Positions 9,941-20,214 of a stretch of DNA of 64,000 nt are shown piece by piece (position 1 is the first letter of the stretch; the number at the start of each line of letters is the position of its first letter). Both the position numbers and the translations under genes were made by a program. Origin of the DNA: a bacterium (GTDB lineage: Bacteria; Zhuqueibacterota; Zhuqueibacteria; Residuimicrobiales; Krinioviventaceae); NCBI GenBank assembly GCA_963675755.2, contig CAXXMD010000003.1:3424001-3488000 (forward strand), in the 5' to 3' direction. The notes below the pieces were generated by a model. The model was not told the DNA's origin, did no database searches, and worked only from the letters and a program-made list of their open reading frames with translations.

Positions 9941-11038
9941 TTATTTCATAAACAAAACTTTTTGCATTTGTGTTGTATTACCTGCTTTCATACGCACCAG
10001 GTAGGCACCGCTTGGCGCAGCTATTCCGGCATCTGTCGAGCCGTCCCATTGGATTGAATATTGTCCGGCGGACTGATGCTGATTGATCAATGATTTAACA
10101 TTCCGTCCGAGTATGTCATATACGGCTAACGAAACATGGTTATCATTTGCCAGATGGTATTTAATATTGGTTGACGGATTAAATGGATTGGGATACGCCG
10201 CAAACAACTGTGTTGTTGTGGGTACAGTTGCTTTCACGGATGTATTGCCGATCTCTGATTTTTCTCCATTAATATTTACTTCTGACAGACGGTAATCGTA
10301 ATCTGCTCCTACAGATATAGTGTTGTCTATAAAAGTATATTGAGATGGGGAAGAGGTAGTACCTTTTCCAGTTAATTCCGGATGGGTCTGGTATGATGCA
10401 ATCTGCTGCCATGCGTTATCGTGTGCTTTACGATCGATGATAAAACCGAGATTGTCTTTTTCGCTGGCTGTGGACCAGATCAAGTTCATAGTATTACCAT
10501 TTCCTGCTGCAGAAAAGGAGGTCAGTTCCACGGGTAATGAAGCATCACCTAAAATTAAATCGTCAAATGCAAAGCCACTTAATTCTTCGCTTTTTGTAAC
10601 TGTAAATGATGTTACATTTGTCCAATTAAGCGTGACTGTTTGCCCCGTTGCTTTAGAAATTGTATCAATTACCGGTGAATTAGAACCCCCTGTTGGTGTA
10701 AATGTCCAGGTACCATCATAATCTCCGCTTGCGTTAACGGCATATATTGTAAGGATATTTACAGATTCAGAAAAAGTAAAAGTAATTGTCTGAATATTTG
10801 TTACGGATGCCATAACAACATTTCCGGAAGCACCGCCATAACCACCAGATGCAAGAATTTGTATATATCGGCCGCCACCGGCATCCGCAGTAGTTACAGT
10901 AACTGTAATGTCACTAACAGTTTCCTGAACAATTGTTGCCTGATATTCACCAATTTCTGTTGCAGTTTCCCAGGTAAATGTTTGTGCAAAAAGTATGAAA
11001 GGTAGTAAGAGAAAAAGTGCCAATAACAATTTTTTCAT
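9941..11038 (-). CDS. Secreted protein with T9SS/FlgD-Ig C-terminus (array gene 3)
   Basis: Signal peptide MKKLLLALFLLLPFILFA; DASLPVELTSF; YPNPFNP C-terminal domain. Confidence 0.9.
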   Translation of the reverse strand: MKKLLLALFLLLPFILFAQTFTWETATEIGEYQATIVQETVSDITVTVTTADAGGGRYIQILASGGYGGASGNVVMASVTNIQTITFTFSESVNILTIYAVNASGDYDGTWTFTPTGGSNSPVIDTISKATGQTVTLNWTNVTSFTVTKSEELSGFAFDDLILGDASLPVELTSFSAAGNGNTMNLIWSTASEKDNLGFIIDRKAHDNAWQQIASYQTHPELTGKGTTSSPSQYTFIDNTISVGADYDYRLSEVNINGEKSEIGNTSVKATVPTTTQLFAAYPNPFNPSTNIKYHLANDNHVSLAVYDILGRNVKSLINQHQSAGQYSIQWDGSTDAGIAAPSGAYLVRMKAGNTTQMQKVLFMK

Positions 11039-11074
11039 TGTTTAACTCCAATTGTAAGGGGTAGAGATTTAGGA

Positions 11075-11186
11075 AAAGATTTTAAACAGACTGGTGATAT
11101 TATTATATCGGCAGGAATTATCAATACTTTAATTAAAAATGATATAAAAAAAGCCCTCTCGGAAAATTTCCAAAAAGGCTTTGTAT
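11075..11186. repeat. 112-bp direct repeat, copy 1 (terminator + upstream region)
   Basis: Identical to 12514-12625 except for 2 substitutions in the hairpin. Confidence 0.95.
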
Positions 11187-11202
11187 ATATGCAGTAAAAA
11201 AA

Positions 11203-12381
11203 TTATTTGATAAACATTACTTTTTGCATTTGTGTTGTGTTACCTGCCTGCATGCGTAACAGGTATGTACCGCTTGGTGCTGTTACACCGGCATCTGTTG
11301 AGCCGTCCCATTGGATTGAATATTGTCCGGCGGACTGATGCTGATTGACCAGTGATTTGATATTCCGTCCGAGTAAATCATAAACTGCCATAGTAACATG
11401 GCTGTCATTTGCCAGATTGTATTTTATGTTGGTTGACGGATTAAAAGGATTGGGATACGCTGCGAATAGTTGCGTTGTTTGCGGGATTGCTGATACGGAA
11501 ACAGTTGTAGAACCGATCTCGATTACATCACCGTTTGTGCTCACTTCCGAGAGGCGATAGGTATAATCCATTCCCGTGGATATTTTATTATCTGTAAAAG
11601 TGTATTGAGACGGGGAGGAGATAGTGCCTTGTCCCGCTAGTCTGTTGTCGGATTGGTATGAAGCGATCTGTTTCCAGTTAGTGCTTTCGGATTTACGCTC
11701 GATGATAAAACCGAGGTTGTCGATTTCGCTGGTGGTTGACCATTCAAGTTTAACTGCATTACTATTGTTGAATGCTGAAAAAGAAACGAGTTCAACAGGT
11801 AAGCTGGCATCAGCTTCAAATTGAAAATCATCTATCATTAGATAAACTATATCATTTGTTCCATACGGATCAATAATAAATTCAAGTTCATCCAAAGTGT
11901 ACAAAGAGTAACTGCTTAAATCAATAAAAGTATAATAATTGTTTGTAGAAGTCATGTTGATTTGGTTATAATACACTGTATGTGTAAATTGTGTTTCTCC
12001 ATCGAGTTTGCCTCTGATTAATATATTGTTATATTGTTCAACCAACTCTGAAGCGTTTAGAGTAATGAGATACAATTGATGGACTTTAAAATTATTGGTA
12101 GGATTGGTAAATGAACCTACTGTTCCTCCTCCAGTAACTGAATTTGCAAAATTGGATATGAAATAATCATCATCAAATCCCCAACCGGCTCTATAATCAA
12201 CTTCAAGCTGGCCGGTTATGTAAAAATTCAGTCCACCCTCTGAAAAAGATTTGTCCCCGTCAGAATTATCTGTAAATTTTTCAATAGTCTGTGAATAAAG
12301 ATTGGGTCCTATTAAAAGAACGAATGGAATAATGTGGAGTAAAAGTGCCCTCTTTATTGAATTGTTTAAATAATGTACCAT
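11203..12381 (-). CDS. Secreted protein with T9SS/FlgD-Ig C-terminus (array gene 4)
   Basis: Probable start MVHYLNN at 12381 (GGAGGG RBS; the ORF track extends to 12471); DASLPVELVSF; YPNPFNP C-terminal domain. Confidence 0.88.
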   Translation of the reverse strand: MVHYLNNSIKRALLLHIIPFVLLIGPNLYSQTIEKFTDNSDGDKSFSEGGLNFYITGQLEVDYRAGWGFDDDYFISNFANSVTGGGTVGSFTNPTNNFKVHQLYLITLNASELVEQYNNILIRGKLDGETQFTHTVYYNQINMTSTNNYYTFIDLSSYSLYTLDELEFIIDPYGTNDIVYLMIDDFQFEADASLPVELVSFSAFNNSNAVKLEWSTTSEIDNLGFIIERKSESTNWKQIASYQSDNRLAGQGTISSPSQYTFTDNKISTGMDYTYRLSEVSTNGDVIEIGSTTVSVSAIPQTTQLFAAYPNPFNPSTNIKYNLANDSHVTMAVYDLLGRNIKSLVNQHQSAGQYSIQWDGSTDAGVTAPSGTYLLRMQAGNTTQMQKVMFIK

Positions 12382-12513
12382 TTTCCCTCCTTTGCTTTTT
12401 CCAACGATAGCAGTTTCCAAGGTAAGAATTTGTGTGAAACGCATTACAGGTAATAAAAAAACAGTATCCATTTTCTTATTGTTTTCCCAATTGTATGGGA
12501 TTCTAATTCAGGT

Positions 12514-12625
12514 AAAGATTTTAAACAGACTGGTGATATTATTATATCGGCAGGAATTATCAATACTTTAATTAAAAATGATATAAAAAAAGCCCTCTCG
12601 GAAAATTTCCGAAAGGGCTTTGTAT
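12514..12625. repeat. 112-bp direct repeat, copy 2, containing the groEL terminator (12585-12621)
   Basis: AAAAAAAGCCCTCTCGGAAAATTTCCGAAAGGGCTTT, about 30 bp after the groEL stop. Confidence 0.95.
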
Positions 12626-12651
12626 TTTGAAAGGAAAGTAAGGTCTGTAAA

Positions 12652-14283
12652 TTAGTACATTCCACCCATACCACCCATGTCGCCAGGAGGCATTGGCATG
12701 GCTGATTTTTCTTCGGGTTTGTCTACAATTGTTGCTTCAGTCATGAGTAACAGAGATGCAACACTTGCGGCATTTTCCAAAGCAATACGGGTAACTTTGG
12801 TTGGGTCAATTACGCCGGCTTCATACAGATCTTCATAAGTTTCTGAAGCAGCGTTGAAACCAAAACCATCTTTGCCTTCTTTAACTTTTTGAATAACGAT
12901 AGAACCTTCAAGTCCTGCATTTTCAGAGATCTGACGCAGAGGTTCCTCAAGAACGCGTTTCAGGATGTTGATACCGATTTCTTCATCACCATCAACTTTA
13001 ACTTTATCCAGTGCAGGAAGTGCGCGAATGATTGCAACACCACCACCAGGGATGATACCTTCTTCAACAGCTGCGCGGGTTGCGTGCAGAGCATCTTCAA
13101 CGCGGGCTTTCTTTTCTTTCATTTCAACTTCAGTTGCAGCACCTACGTTCAATACAGCAACACCACCGGCCAATTTTGCCAGACGTTCCTGTAATTTTTC
13201 TTTATCATAGTCAGAAGAAGTGGTTTCGATCTGTTTTTTGATCTGTGCAATTCTACCTTTAATATCTTCGGTTTTGCCAGCGCCTTCAACGATAGTTGTG
13301 TTGTCTTTATCGATGGTAACGCGTTTAGCAGCACCCAGATCGGTTACAGTTGCGTTTTCCAGTTTGAAACCGGTTTCTTCAGAAACAACGCGTCCACCAG
13401 TCAGAATAGAAATATCTTCCAACATGGCTTTACGACGATCACCAAAACCAGGAGCTTTGATAGCTGCAACGCGCAGGGTACCACGCAATTTATTAACAAC
13501 CAGAGTTGCCAATGCTTCGCCTTCAATATCTTCGGCGATGATCAATAAAGGTTTGCCCATTTGAGCAACTTTTTCAAGAATTGGCAGCAAGTCTTTCATT
13601 GCGCTGATTTTTTTATCATGTATAAGGATCAATGCTTCATCCAAAACAGCTTCCATGGTTTCCTGGTCGGTTGCAAAATAGGGAGAGAGGTAACCACGAT
13701 CAAACTGCATACCTTCAACAACTTCAAGATATGTATCGGTTGTTTTGGCTTCTTCAACAGTAATAACACCGTCTTTACCAACTTTTTCCATTGCGTCTGC
13801 AATCAAGTCACCGATTTCTTTGTCGTTGTTTGCGGAAATAGAACCAACCTGTGCAATTTCTTTTTTGCCAGGAAGGGGTTTGCTCATGCTTTGTAATTCA
13901 TCGATAACGGCTTTAACGCCTTTTTCGATACCGCGTTTAATAGAAGTAGGGTTAGCGCCAGCGGTCACGTTTTTCAGACCTTCGCGACAAATTCCCTGAG
14001 CCAGAACAGTTGCAGTAGTGGTTCCATCACCGGCAATATCGCTGGTTTTGGAAGCAACTTCTTTAACCATCTGTGCGCCCATGTTTTCCAATGGATCTTC
14101 AAGTTCAATTTCTTTTGCAACGGTAACACCGTCTTTGGTTACTGTAGGAGCACCGAATTTTTTGTCGATAACAACATTACGACCTTTGGGTCCCAGGGTA
14201 ACTTTAACGGCATTTGCCAATTGATCAACGCCGCGTTTCAGGGCGTTTCTTGCCTCTACATCAAAGGTTACAATCTTTGGCAT
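12652..14283 (-). CDS. groL: Chaperonin GroEL
   Basis: [34 protein letters not shown]-terminal GGMGGMY. Confidence 0.99.
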   Translation of the reverse strand: MPKIVTFDVEARNALKRGVDQLANAVKVTLGPKGRNVVIDKKFGAPTVTKDGVTVAKEIELEDPLENMGAQMVKEVASKTSDIAGDGTTTATVLAQGICREGLKNVTAGANPTSIKRGIEKGVKAVIDELQSMSKPLPGKKEIAQVGSISANNDKEIGDLIADAMEKVGKDGVITVEEAKTTDTYLEVVEGMQFDRGYLSPYFATDQETMEAVLDEALILIHDKKISAMKDLLPILEKVAQMGKPLLIIAEDIEGEALATLVVNKLRGTLRVAAIKAPGFGDRRKAMLEDISILTGGRVVSEETGFKLENATVTDLGAAKRVTIDKDNTTIVEGAGKTEDIKGRIAQIKKQIETTSSDYDKEKLQERLAKLAGGVAVLNVGAATEVEMKEKKARVEDALHATRAAVEEGIIPGGGVAIIRALPALDKVKVDGDEEIGINILKRVLEEPLRQISENAGLEGSIVIQKVKEGKDGFGFNAASETYEDLYEAGVIDPTKVTRIALENAASVASLLLMTEATIVDKPEEKSAMPMPPGDMGGMGGMY

Positions 14284-14340
14284 GTTTAACTATCCTCCAT
14301 ACTTGTATGGTTAATTTAATGATTCAAAGTAATTTAAATA

Positions 14341-14625
14341 TTATATAACTGCCAGAATATCGCTTTCGCGCATAATCAGGTAATCTGTTCCATCGATAGT
14401 CACTTCTGTACCGGAATATTTACCGTACAATACTGTGTCGCCAACTTTGACTTCGAGGTCAACTTTGGAACCACTGTCAGCAACTTTACCAGGACCTACA
14501 GCAACGATTTTTCCCTGCATGGGTTTTTCTTTTGCTGTATCCGGAATGATAATGGTGCCCTGTGTTTGTTCTTCGGCTTCAGTAGGTTGTACGACAACGC
14601 GATCTGCCAATGGTTTGATGTTCAT
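14341..14625 (-). CDS. groS: Co-chaperonin GroES
   Basis: [38 protein letters not shown]. Confidence 0.99.
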   Translation of the reverse strand: MNIKPLADRVVVQPTEAEEQTQGTIIIPDTAKEKPMQGKIVAVGPGKVADSGSKVDLEVKVGDTVLYGKYSGTEVTIDGTDYLIMRESDILAVI

Positions 14626-14679
14626 AGATTATCCTCCTGTTTCAATATATAAGGTTTAAATGATATGTTTCACTTTTTG

Positions 14680-14706
14680 TTAGCACTCTCTTTTAAAGAG
14701 TGCTAA
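14680..14706. promoter_or_regulatory. CIRCE element (HrcA operator)
   Basis: Perfect TTAGCACTC-N9-GAGTGCTAA upstream of groES. Confidence 0.97.
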
Positions 14707-14715
14707 CAGCGTGCA

Positions 14716-14744
14716 AAGATAGAATATTCCCTCTAAAAAAGCAA
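14716..14744 (-). promoter_or_regulatory. Sigma70-type promoter of groESL
   Basis: TTGCTT-17 bp-TATCTT on the minus strand, immediately upstream of CIRCE. Confidence 0.6.
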
Positions 14745-14838
14745 GAAAAAATTTGTAAATTGAATGATTTTTTTATATAAATAAGCCGTAAAACTGGTAT
14801 AAATCCTGTTGCTTTTTACAATTTTTTACTTTTTTTTC

Positions 14839-14867
14839 TTGACATTTTTACATCATATGGATATATT
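14839..14867 (+). promoter_or_regulatory. Sigma70-type promoter for the KH-domain gene
   Basis: TTGACA-17 bp-TATATT. Confidence 0.65.
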
Positions 14868-15002
14868 CAGTCAGGGAGGCCTTACATAGTTGTTTAGTCT
14901 AACTTTAGGGAGGGTTGTGTTTCCACAAAGTGCCAAATCGTATGAATATCATCACGTTCGAATGGAAAATGACATTAATCCTATCAGAAGGGGATTTTGG
15001 TT

Positions 15003-15233
15003 ATGAAGGAATTTGTTGAACACATTGTTAAACACCTCGTCGATAATCCCGACGCTGTTAAAGTTACTGAAGTTTTTGGTGAAACAACTGTCGTCTATGA
15101 ACTTCGCGTTGATCAACCCGATATGGGTAAAGTAATAGGTAAAAACGGCAGAACCGCTCACGCAATTCGAGTAATTTTAAGCGCAGTAGCTAGAAAGGCT
15201 GGAAAACACGCCACCCTTGAAATATTAGAATAA
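15003..15233 (+). CDS. khpA: KH-domain RNA-binding protein KhpA (UPF0109)
   Basis: [19 protein letters not shown]...[17 protein letters not shown] (GxxG motif). Confidence 0.93.
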   Translation: MKEFVEHIVKHLVDNPDAVKVTEVFGETTVVYELRVDQPDMGKVIGKNGRTAHAIRVILSAVARKAGKHATLEILE

Positions 15234-15320
15234 ATAGCAAAGATTACAATGTCTTTGTAGTACTATAGACTCAGGAAAATGGTTTTTAAAAAGACCATCG
15301 GCATCCGCATGATGGTTTTT

Positions 15321-15788
15321 TTATTTATGATATTTTTCTCCTCTTAGAATGGTATGCGCTCTGTAGATTTGTTCAAGCAGCATGACAGCTGCCAGTTCAT
15401 GTGGAAACGTCATTTTTGAAAATGATACTTTTTGTTCCGCTTTGCTGACAATCTCAGGCGCAAGCCCATGGGGACCCCCAATAATAATGGTTACAGATTG
15501 CCTTCCATTATTTTGCTGGTTTTGAATCCAGTTTGCAAATTCTGTTGAAGAGAATTGTTTACCCCCTTTATCCATGACAATGGTGTACTCTGTTGGAGAC
15601 AGTTTTTTCTCCAGTTTAATCTTTTCCCGCTCAAGTATTTCTGATTCTGACAGTTTAGCTATTTTTTCCGGCTTTATAAAATCCATTTCAATGGCAGTAT
15701 AGTGCTTGATTCGTTTGAGGTACATGTCAATTGCTGCTTTGAATTGCGGATTTTCGGGTTTACCGACTGTTAATAATCTGATCTTCAT
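15321..15788 (-). CDS. rlmH: 23S rRNA (pseudouridine1915-N3)-methyltransferase RlmH
   Basis: IIGGPHGL, SFSKMTFPHELA, LLEQIYRA, terminal YHK. Confidence 0.97.
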   Translation of the reverse strand: MKIRLLTVGKPENPQFKAAIDMYLKRIKHYTAIEMDFIKPEKIAKLSESEILEREKIKLEKKLSPTEYTIVMDKGGKQFSSTEFANWIQNQQNNGRQSVTIIIGGPHGLAPEIVSKAEQKVSFSKMTFPHELAAVMLLEQIYRAHTILRGEKYHK

Positions 15789-15794
15789 TTGACT

Positions 15795-16985
15795 CTATAA
15801 AAAGGATTTGATGGATTCTGCTACAAGCTCAACTCCGTGCGCTATTTTGTCTTCCGGAGTATTACAAAATGAAATTCGCATACAATTGTTACGTTCACCC
15901 AATGGATCAAAGGTGTTGCCAACCACAAATACAGCGCCTTTATCAATGGTCTTTTTCAATATTTCCATTGCGTTCAATTGTTCCGGCAAAGTAACCCAAA
16001 TATAGAATCCACCTTTAGGGTGTGTCCAGGTTACTCCCTCGGGCATAACAGCGTCCAAAGCGTCAAGCATCAGCTCCGATCTCTTTTTGTAGGCTCTTCG
16101 TAAGCGCTCCAAATAGTCCGGTAATCGGTTTTGTACCAGAAATTCATGTGCCAAAACCTGACTCAGAGTAGATGTACATGCATCTAGTGATTGTTTCGCC
16201 AGATCACATTTTTCAATGATCTCATTCGGGGCCAACAGCCAGCCAATCCGAAGTCCCGGACCGATGTATTTTGAAAACGATGACGTATAACAAATGGGCA
16301 CGGTCTCGGGGCCTGTTGCTTTGATGGGTACGGTTAATTCCTTATCCTTTTCATCGAAATAGAGTTCACCATAAGCATCATCTTCTATCACTATAATATC
16401 ATGCCCTTTCAGCGTTTGCATGAGCTCTTGTCTGCGTTGTTTGCTGTAAAGTATACCCGCGGGATTATGAAAATAGGGGGTTATATAAACAAACTTGGGC
16501 AACGGTTTGGACGAGTTTAAAATATTTTCAAGTTCCTGTATGTTAGCACCGTCATCATCCAGGGAGATGGTTTCAAAATCCGCCTGAAATGATTTAAATG
16601 CCGAGATGGCACCAATAAACGCGGGATATTCCGTAATCACCCGGTCACCGGGATCAATAAAGATTTTTGAAAGTATGCTAATAGCCTGCATGGAACCGGT
16701 GGTCACAATCAATCCATTATCTTCTACCGGCAGCCCTTTTTCTTTCAGAAACGCTTTTAATGATTCCAGAAAGGGCGGATAGCCACCAGTGGGCCCATAC
16801 TGCAGCGCCTGTTTTTTGACTGCGGGAGAAAGCGAGTTGTAAATCTCGTCAATTTCCTGTACGGGTAACAGATCATTATTGGGCATACCCCCGGAAAAAG
16901 AAATGATATCCGGTTTGGATGCAAGGCTCATCAACTCGCGTATTGCGGATGAGCGCATACTGGATGCACTGGTGGAAAATCGCAT
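15795..16985 (-). CDS. PLP-dependent class I/II aminotransferase (aromatic/2-aminoadipate-like)
   Basis: SAIREL, ISFSGGMP, LQYGPTGG, HNPAG, EDDAYGEL, SFSKYIGPGLRIGW. Confidence 0.93.
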   Translation of the reverse strand: MRFSTSASSMRSSAIRELMSLASKPDIISFSGGMPNNDLLPVQEIDEIYNSLSPAVKKQALQYGPTGGYPPFLESLKAFLKEKGLPVEDNGLIVTTGSMQAISILSKIFIDPGDRVITEYPAFIGAISAFKSFQADFETISLDDDGANIQELENILNSSKPLPKFVYITPYFHNPAGILYSKQRRQELMQTLKGHDIIVIEDDAYGELYFDEKDKELTVPIKATGPETVPICYTSSFSKYIGPGLRIGWLLAPNEIIEKCDLAKQSLDACTSTLSQVLAHEFLVQNRLPDYLERLRRAYKKRSELMLDALDAVMPEGVTWTHPKGGFYIWVTLPEQLNAMEILKKTIDKGAVFVVGNTFDPLGERNNCMRISFCNTPEDKIAHGVELVAESIKSFL

Positions 16986-17000
16986 TATAGGTGCCTTTCG

Positions 17001-17426
17001 TTATATTTCATAGATCTCACTGGCTTTGATCAGTTCTACTTTGTGTTCCTGCAATACGTCGATTGCCGCTTGCAGGGCTTCGGTACGGATGATAACCGAT
17101 GCTTTTTCTCCAAATTCGAACGCGTACATGTACTCAATGCCAATCTTTGCGTTTGATAGAATCTCGAGTGCTCTTGCCAGTCCGCCCGGAGTGTGAGGTA
17201 CAGTTAAACAGATCACATCTGTTGAATTGACGGTAAAGTTTCTCGCTTTTAAGGATTCTACAGCTTTATCCGGATTGGTTACAATCAAACGAAGGATACC
17301 GTATTCAGCCGTATCTGCAATGCTTAGCGCGGAAATGTTTATATTGGCTTCTTCAAGTGCTTTGGTCACTTCGGTCAACCGACCTGATTTATTTTCAAGA
17401 AATATTGACAACTGTTTAATGATCAT
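17001..17426 (-). CDS. ACT-domain protein (paaK-associated)
   Basis: QLSIFLENKSGRL, ADTAEYGILRLIV, PGGLA, IEYMYAF. Confidence 0.92.
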   Translation of the reverse strand: MIIKQLSIFLENKSGRLTEVTKALEEANINISALSIADTAEYGILRLIVTNPDKAVESLKARNFTVNSTDVICLTVPHTPGGLARALEILSNAKIGIEYMYAFEFGEKASVIIRTEALQAAIDVLQEHKVELIKASEIYEI

Positions 17427-17441
17427 GTGAGATCCTCCTGG

Positions 17442-18740
17442 TTACATGCTTCGTTTGTCGATGACACGTTTGGCCTTGCCTTCACTGCGCTCGATTGTTT
17501 TGTGCTCTACCAGTTTGACTTTGACACTGAGTCCCAGTGTGCTGTCAATGTTGTGTTTGATTTTTGCAGACAGTTCTTCCAGTTTGCGGATTTCGTCAGA
17601 GAAAAATTCATTTTCAACTTCAACCCAGACTTCCAGATTGTCAAGATTGTTGACACGGTCCACAATCAACTGGTAATGCGGTTTGGTCTCGCTCATTTCA
17701 AGCAGAACGCTTTCGATCTGAGACGGGAACACGTTCACACCGCGAATGATGAGCATATCGTCCGAGCGACCCAGACATTTTGCCATGCGCACCATGGTAC
17801 GTCCGCATTCACAGGTTTCGTAATTGAGCACGGTCAGATCGCGGGTTCGGTAACGCAGCAGGGGGAGTCCCTCTTTGGTGAGCGTTGTAAAAACCAGCTC
17901 GCCGATCTCGCCCGGGGGAAGGACCTCGAGCGTTTTGGGATCAATGATCTCGGGATAAAAATGATCTTCGAACACGTGCAAACCGGTCTTGTGCACACAT
18001 TCTGTGGAAACTCCGGGTCCAATAACCTCACTGAGTCCGTAAATATCAATCGCCAGTATGCCCAGTTTATCTTCAATTTCTTTGCGGATGTTCTCGGTCC
18101 AGGGTTCCGCGCCAAAGATACCTACACGCAGGGGCAGATCTTGTGGAGACAGGCCTGCTTCTTCCAGGGCTTCGGCCAGATAAAGCGCGTACGAGGGCGT
18201 GCATGCGAGCACGGTACTGCCAAAATCTTTCATCAACTGGATCTGGCGCTTGGTGTTGCCGCCGGAAATGGGAATGACCGTAGCACCGACTTTTTCCGTA
18301 CCATAATGAATGCCAAGTCCACCGGTGAACAATCCATAACCGTAGGCGATCTGGACAACATCGTCTTTGCCTGCACCGGCACAGTTGAGGGTGCGCGCAA
18401 CCACTTCGGACCACAGGTTAATATCGCGGCGGGTGTATCCCACCACCGTGGGTTTGCCGGTGGTACCGCTTGAAGCGTGCACACGCACAATATCGCTCAT
18501 GGGGGTGGCAAACAGGTCGAACGGGTAATTATCGCGCAGGTCCTGTTTGGTAGTAAAGGGCAGTTTTTTCAGGTCGTCGATGCTTTTTACATCTCCGGGG
18601 TCCATGCCCAGTTCCTGGAATTTTTTGCGATAAAAGGGTACGTTGTAATAGAGACGTTCAACCATATTGACCAGCCGTTCACTTTGCACACGGGTGAGCT
18701 CCTGGCGGTCCATACATTCAAAATGTTCATTCCAGATCAT
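17442..18740 (-). CDS. paaK: Phenylacetate--CoA ligase
   Basis: [63 protein letters not shown]. Confidence 0.95.
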   Translation of the reverse strand: MIWNEHFECMDRQELTRVQSERLVNMVERLYYNVPFYRKKFQELGMDPGDVKSIDDLKKLPFTTKQDLRDNYPFDLFATPMSDIVRVHASSGTTGKPTVVGYTRRDINLWSEVVARTLNCAGAGKDDVVQIAYGYGLFTGGLGIHYGTEKVGATVIPISGGNTKRQIQLMKDFGSTVLACTPSYALYLAEALEEAGLSPQDLPLRVGIFGAEPWTENIRKEIEDKLGILAIDIYGLSEVIGPGVSTECVHKTGLHVFEDHFYPEIIDPKTLEVLPPGEIGELVFTTLTKEGLPLLRYRTRDLTVLNYETCECGRTMVRMAKCLGRSDDMLIIRGVNVFPSQIESVLLEMSETKPHYQLIVDRVNNLDNLEVWVEVENEFFSDEIRKLEELSAKIKHNIDSTLGLSVKVKLVEHKTIERSEGKAKRVIDKRSM

Positions 18741-18853
18741 TCTTTTCTCCGGTCATTGGTGTGTATATTGAGGAAACGCGTTGTATTCCGGTAGTTTGAT
18801 TTGCAGTTATAAAATAATTGAATCTATTGGATTATGCAAGGAACTTTTTTTCT

Positions 18854-18923
18854 ACGTGAGATGAAAGACGGAAGACGGGAGACGGGAGACGTGAGACGTG
18901 AGACGTGAGACGTGAGACGTGAA
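18854..18923. repeat. Heptamer tandem repeat, 10 units (consensus ACGTGAG)
   Basis: ACGTGAG ATGAAAG ACGGAAG ACGGGAG ACGGGAG (ACGTGAG)x4 ACGTGAA. Confidence 0.92.
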
Positions 18924-18954
18924 AAACTTGTCCTGATTGGGGAGAGATTTGCCT

Positions 18955-19037
18955 GGGCATTTGTCCTGATTCTTCAAGAATTGCATGGGACAAATGTTTC
19001 ATTTGAATATTCTGCGATGCAGGGAACTGATAACGAT
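18955..19037. repeat. Degenerate copy of the 135-bp multi-hairpin element
   Basis: GGGCATTTGTCCTGATTCTTCAAGAATTGCATGGGACAAATG...GAATATTCTGCGATGCAGG. Confidence 0.85.
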
Positions 19038-19308
19038 TGGTTAACCAAACCTGTAAATAATCAAGTTGGTTTCTGAATAGTAGTTTAAAAAATTACAAAT
19101 TTTATACTTTTTGATAAAAATTATATTCGTTTTTTTAACGATTTTTTTTAAATTTGTGATACGATAAATGGGGCAGCTTTTCATTTTTCATCAAAAATAT
19201 TGTCTATCAATTTATTCAAGTATCTGTATCAACAACATAACGTCTTTTTAATAGTACTAAAAATTTGAGTGTATTGCTTTGAATGCATTCAAAAATCAGG
19301 AGTTTTGG

Positions 19309-19938
19309 ATGAAAAAAATCTTTTTTGTAATCTTGTTTTTTTCAGTTATAGTCAATTCCAGTTTTGCGGAATACAATTTTGGTGTTGTTGCGGGGACAAA
19401 TATAGAAAAGATGACTTTTGAAAAGAGAACTATTTACAAGTATCACTATCCACACGGATATACGATTGGAGTATTTGGTGAATTTTGTCTTTCATCTAAT
19501 TTGTTAATACGATTTGAATTAGCAAAAAGTCATTCCATAAACAAATTCGTATATTATACAATTTTTGAAGATATGGAGCTATATGAATATGACAAACATT
19601 ATATTTCAATACCAATTTTGTTAAATTTTTATCCGAATGATGTTTTTTATATTCAAGGAGGTATTCAAATTCATTACAATAATAAAGTCAACTATCATTA
19701 TCGTAATATACTTTTAAGAAAACATCTCAATAATAAAACAAATATAACCTCTGACGTTTCAAAGTATGATACTTTTTTTTGTTTGGGAGTTGGTAAAAAT
19801 TTTAGTTTCATCAATAAAGAAATTGGAATTGTTTTCAGACTCTTAAAAGGAATGAATAATATGGAAGGTCAATGGTTTTTATATGATAAAGCAAATAGTT
19901 TACAGTTACAATTAATAATGAATCTACAATTGTTGTAG
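19309..19938 (+). CDS. Putative outer-membrane beta-barrel protein (PorT/OMP_b-brl-like)
   Basis: ATG at 19309 after AGGAG; signal peptide ending SFA; FGVVAGTN, YISIPILL, FYIQGG amphipathic strands; very AT-rich. Confidence 0.65.
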   Translation: MKKIFFVILFFSVIVNSSFAEYNFGVVAGTNIEKMTFEKRTIYKYHYPHGYTIGVFGEFCLSSNLLIRFELAKSHSINKFVYYTIFEDMELYEYDKHYISIPILLNFYPNDVFYIQGGIQIHYNNKVNYHYRNILLRKHLNNKTNITSDVSKYDTFFCLGVGKNFSFINKEIGIVFRLLKGMNNMEGQWFLYDKANSLQLQLIMNLQLL

Positions 19939-19986
19939 TAAAACTTGTTAAAAAGGAGAAGCAATTAAATGAAAATAAAAATATAT

Positions 19987-20121
19987 GATCGCCCGGTAAT
20001 CCGCCAGCTGGCGGATGCCGGGCGGAATATTTACAAGGACATTTGTCCTGATTCTTCAAGAATTGCACGGGACAAACGTCCCGGTTGAATATTCCGCGAT
20101 GCAGGAATCTGCATCGCGATC
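19987..20121. repeat. 135-bp multi-hairpin element, full copy
   Basis: GATCGC...GCGATC termini enclosing three internal palindromes. Confidence 0.93.
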
Positions 20122-20214
20122 AATGACCCACCAGGAAGAAAGTGAGGTTTTTAAGCAGATCAAAAATACTGTGACATCTGCTATAGTTAAAGAGAAATTA
20201 TTATTATATACAGG

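Noticed and set aside
5642-12381. Diversity-generating retroelement acting on the repeated C-termini
   Set aside because: No reverse transcriptase in the window, differences are not obviously adenine-specific, and all copies lie within intact genes
12382-12674. ORF 12444-12674 and the N-terminal extension of 11203-12471
   Set aside because: The small ORF spans the groEL terminator and duplicated intergenic DNA; a better start with RBS exists at 12381
17427-18473. 348-aa plus-strand ORF
   Set aside because: Antisense shadow of paaK with no recognisable motifs
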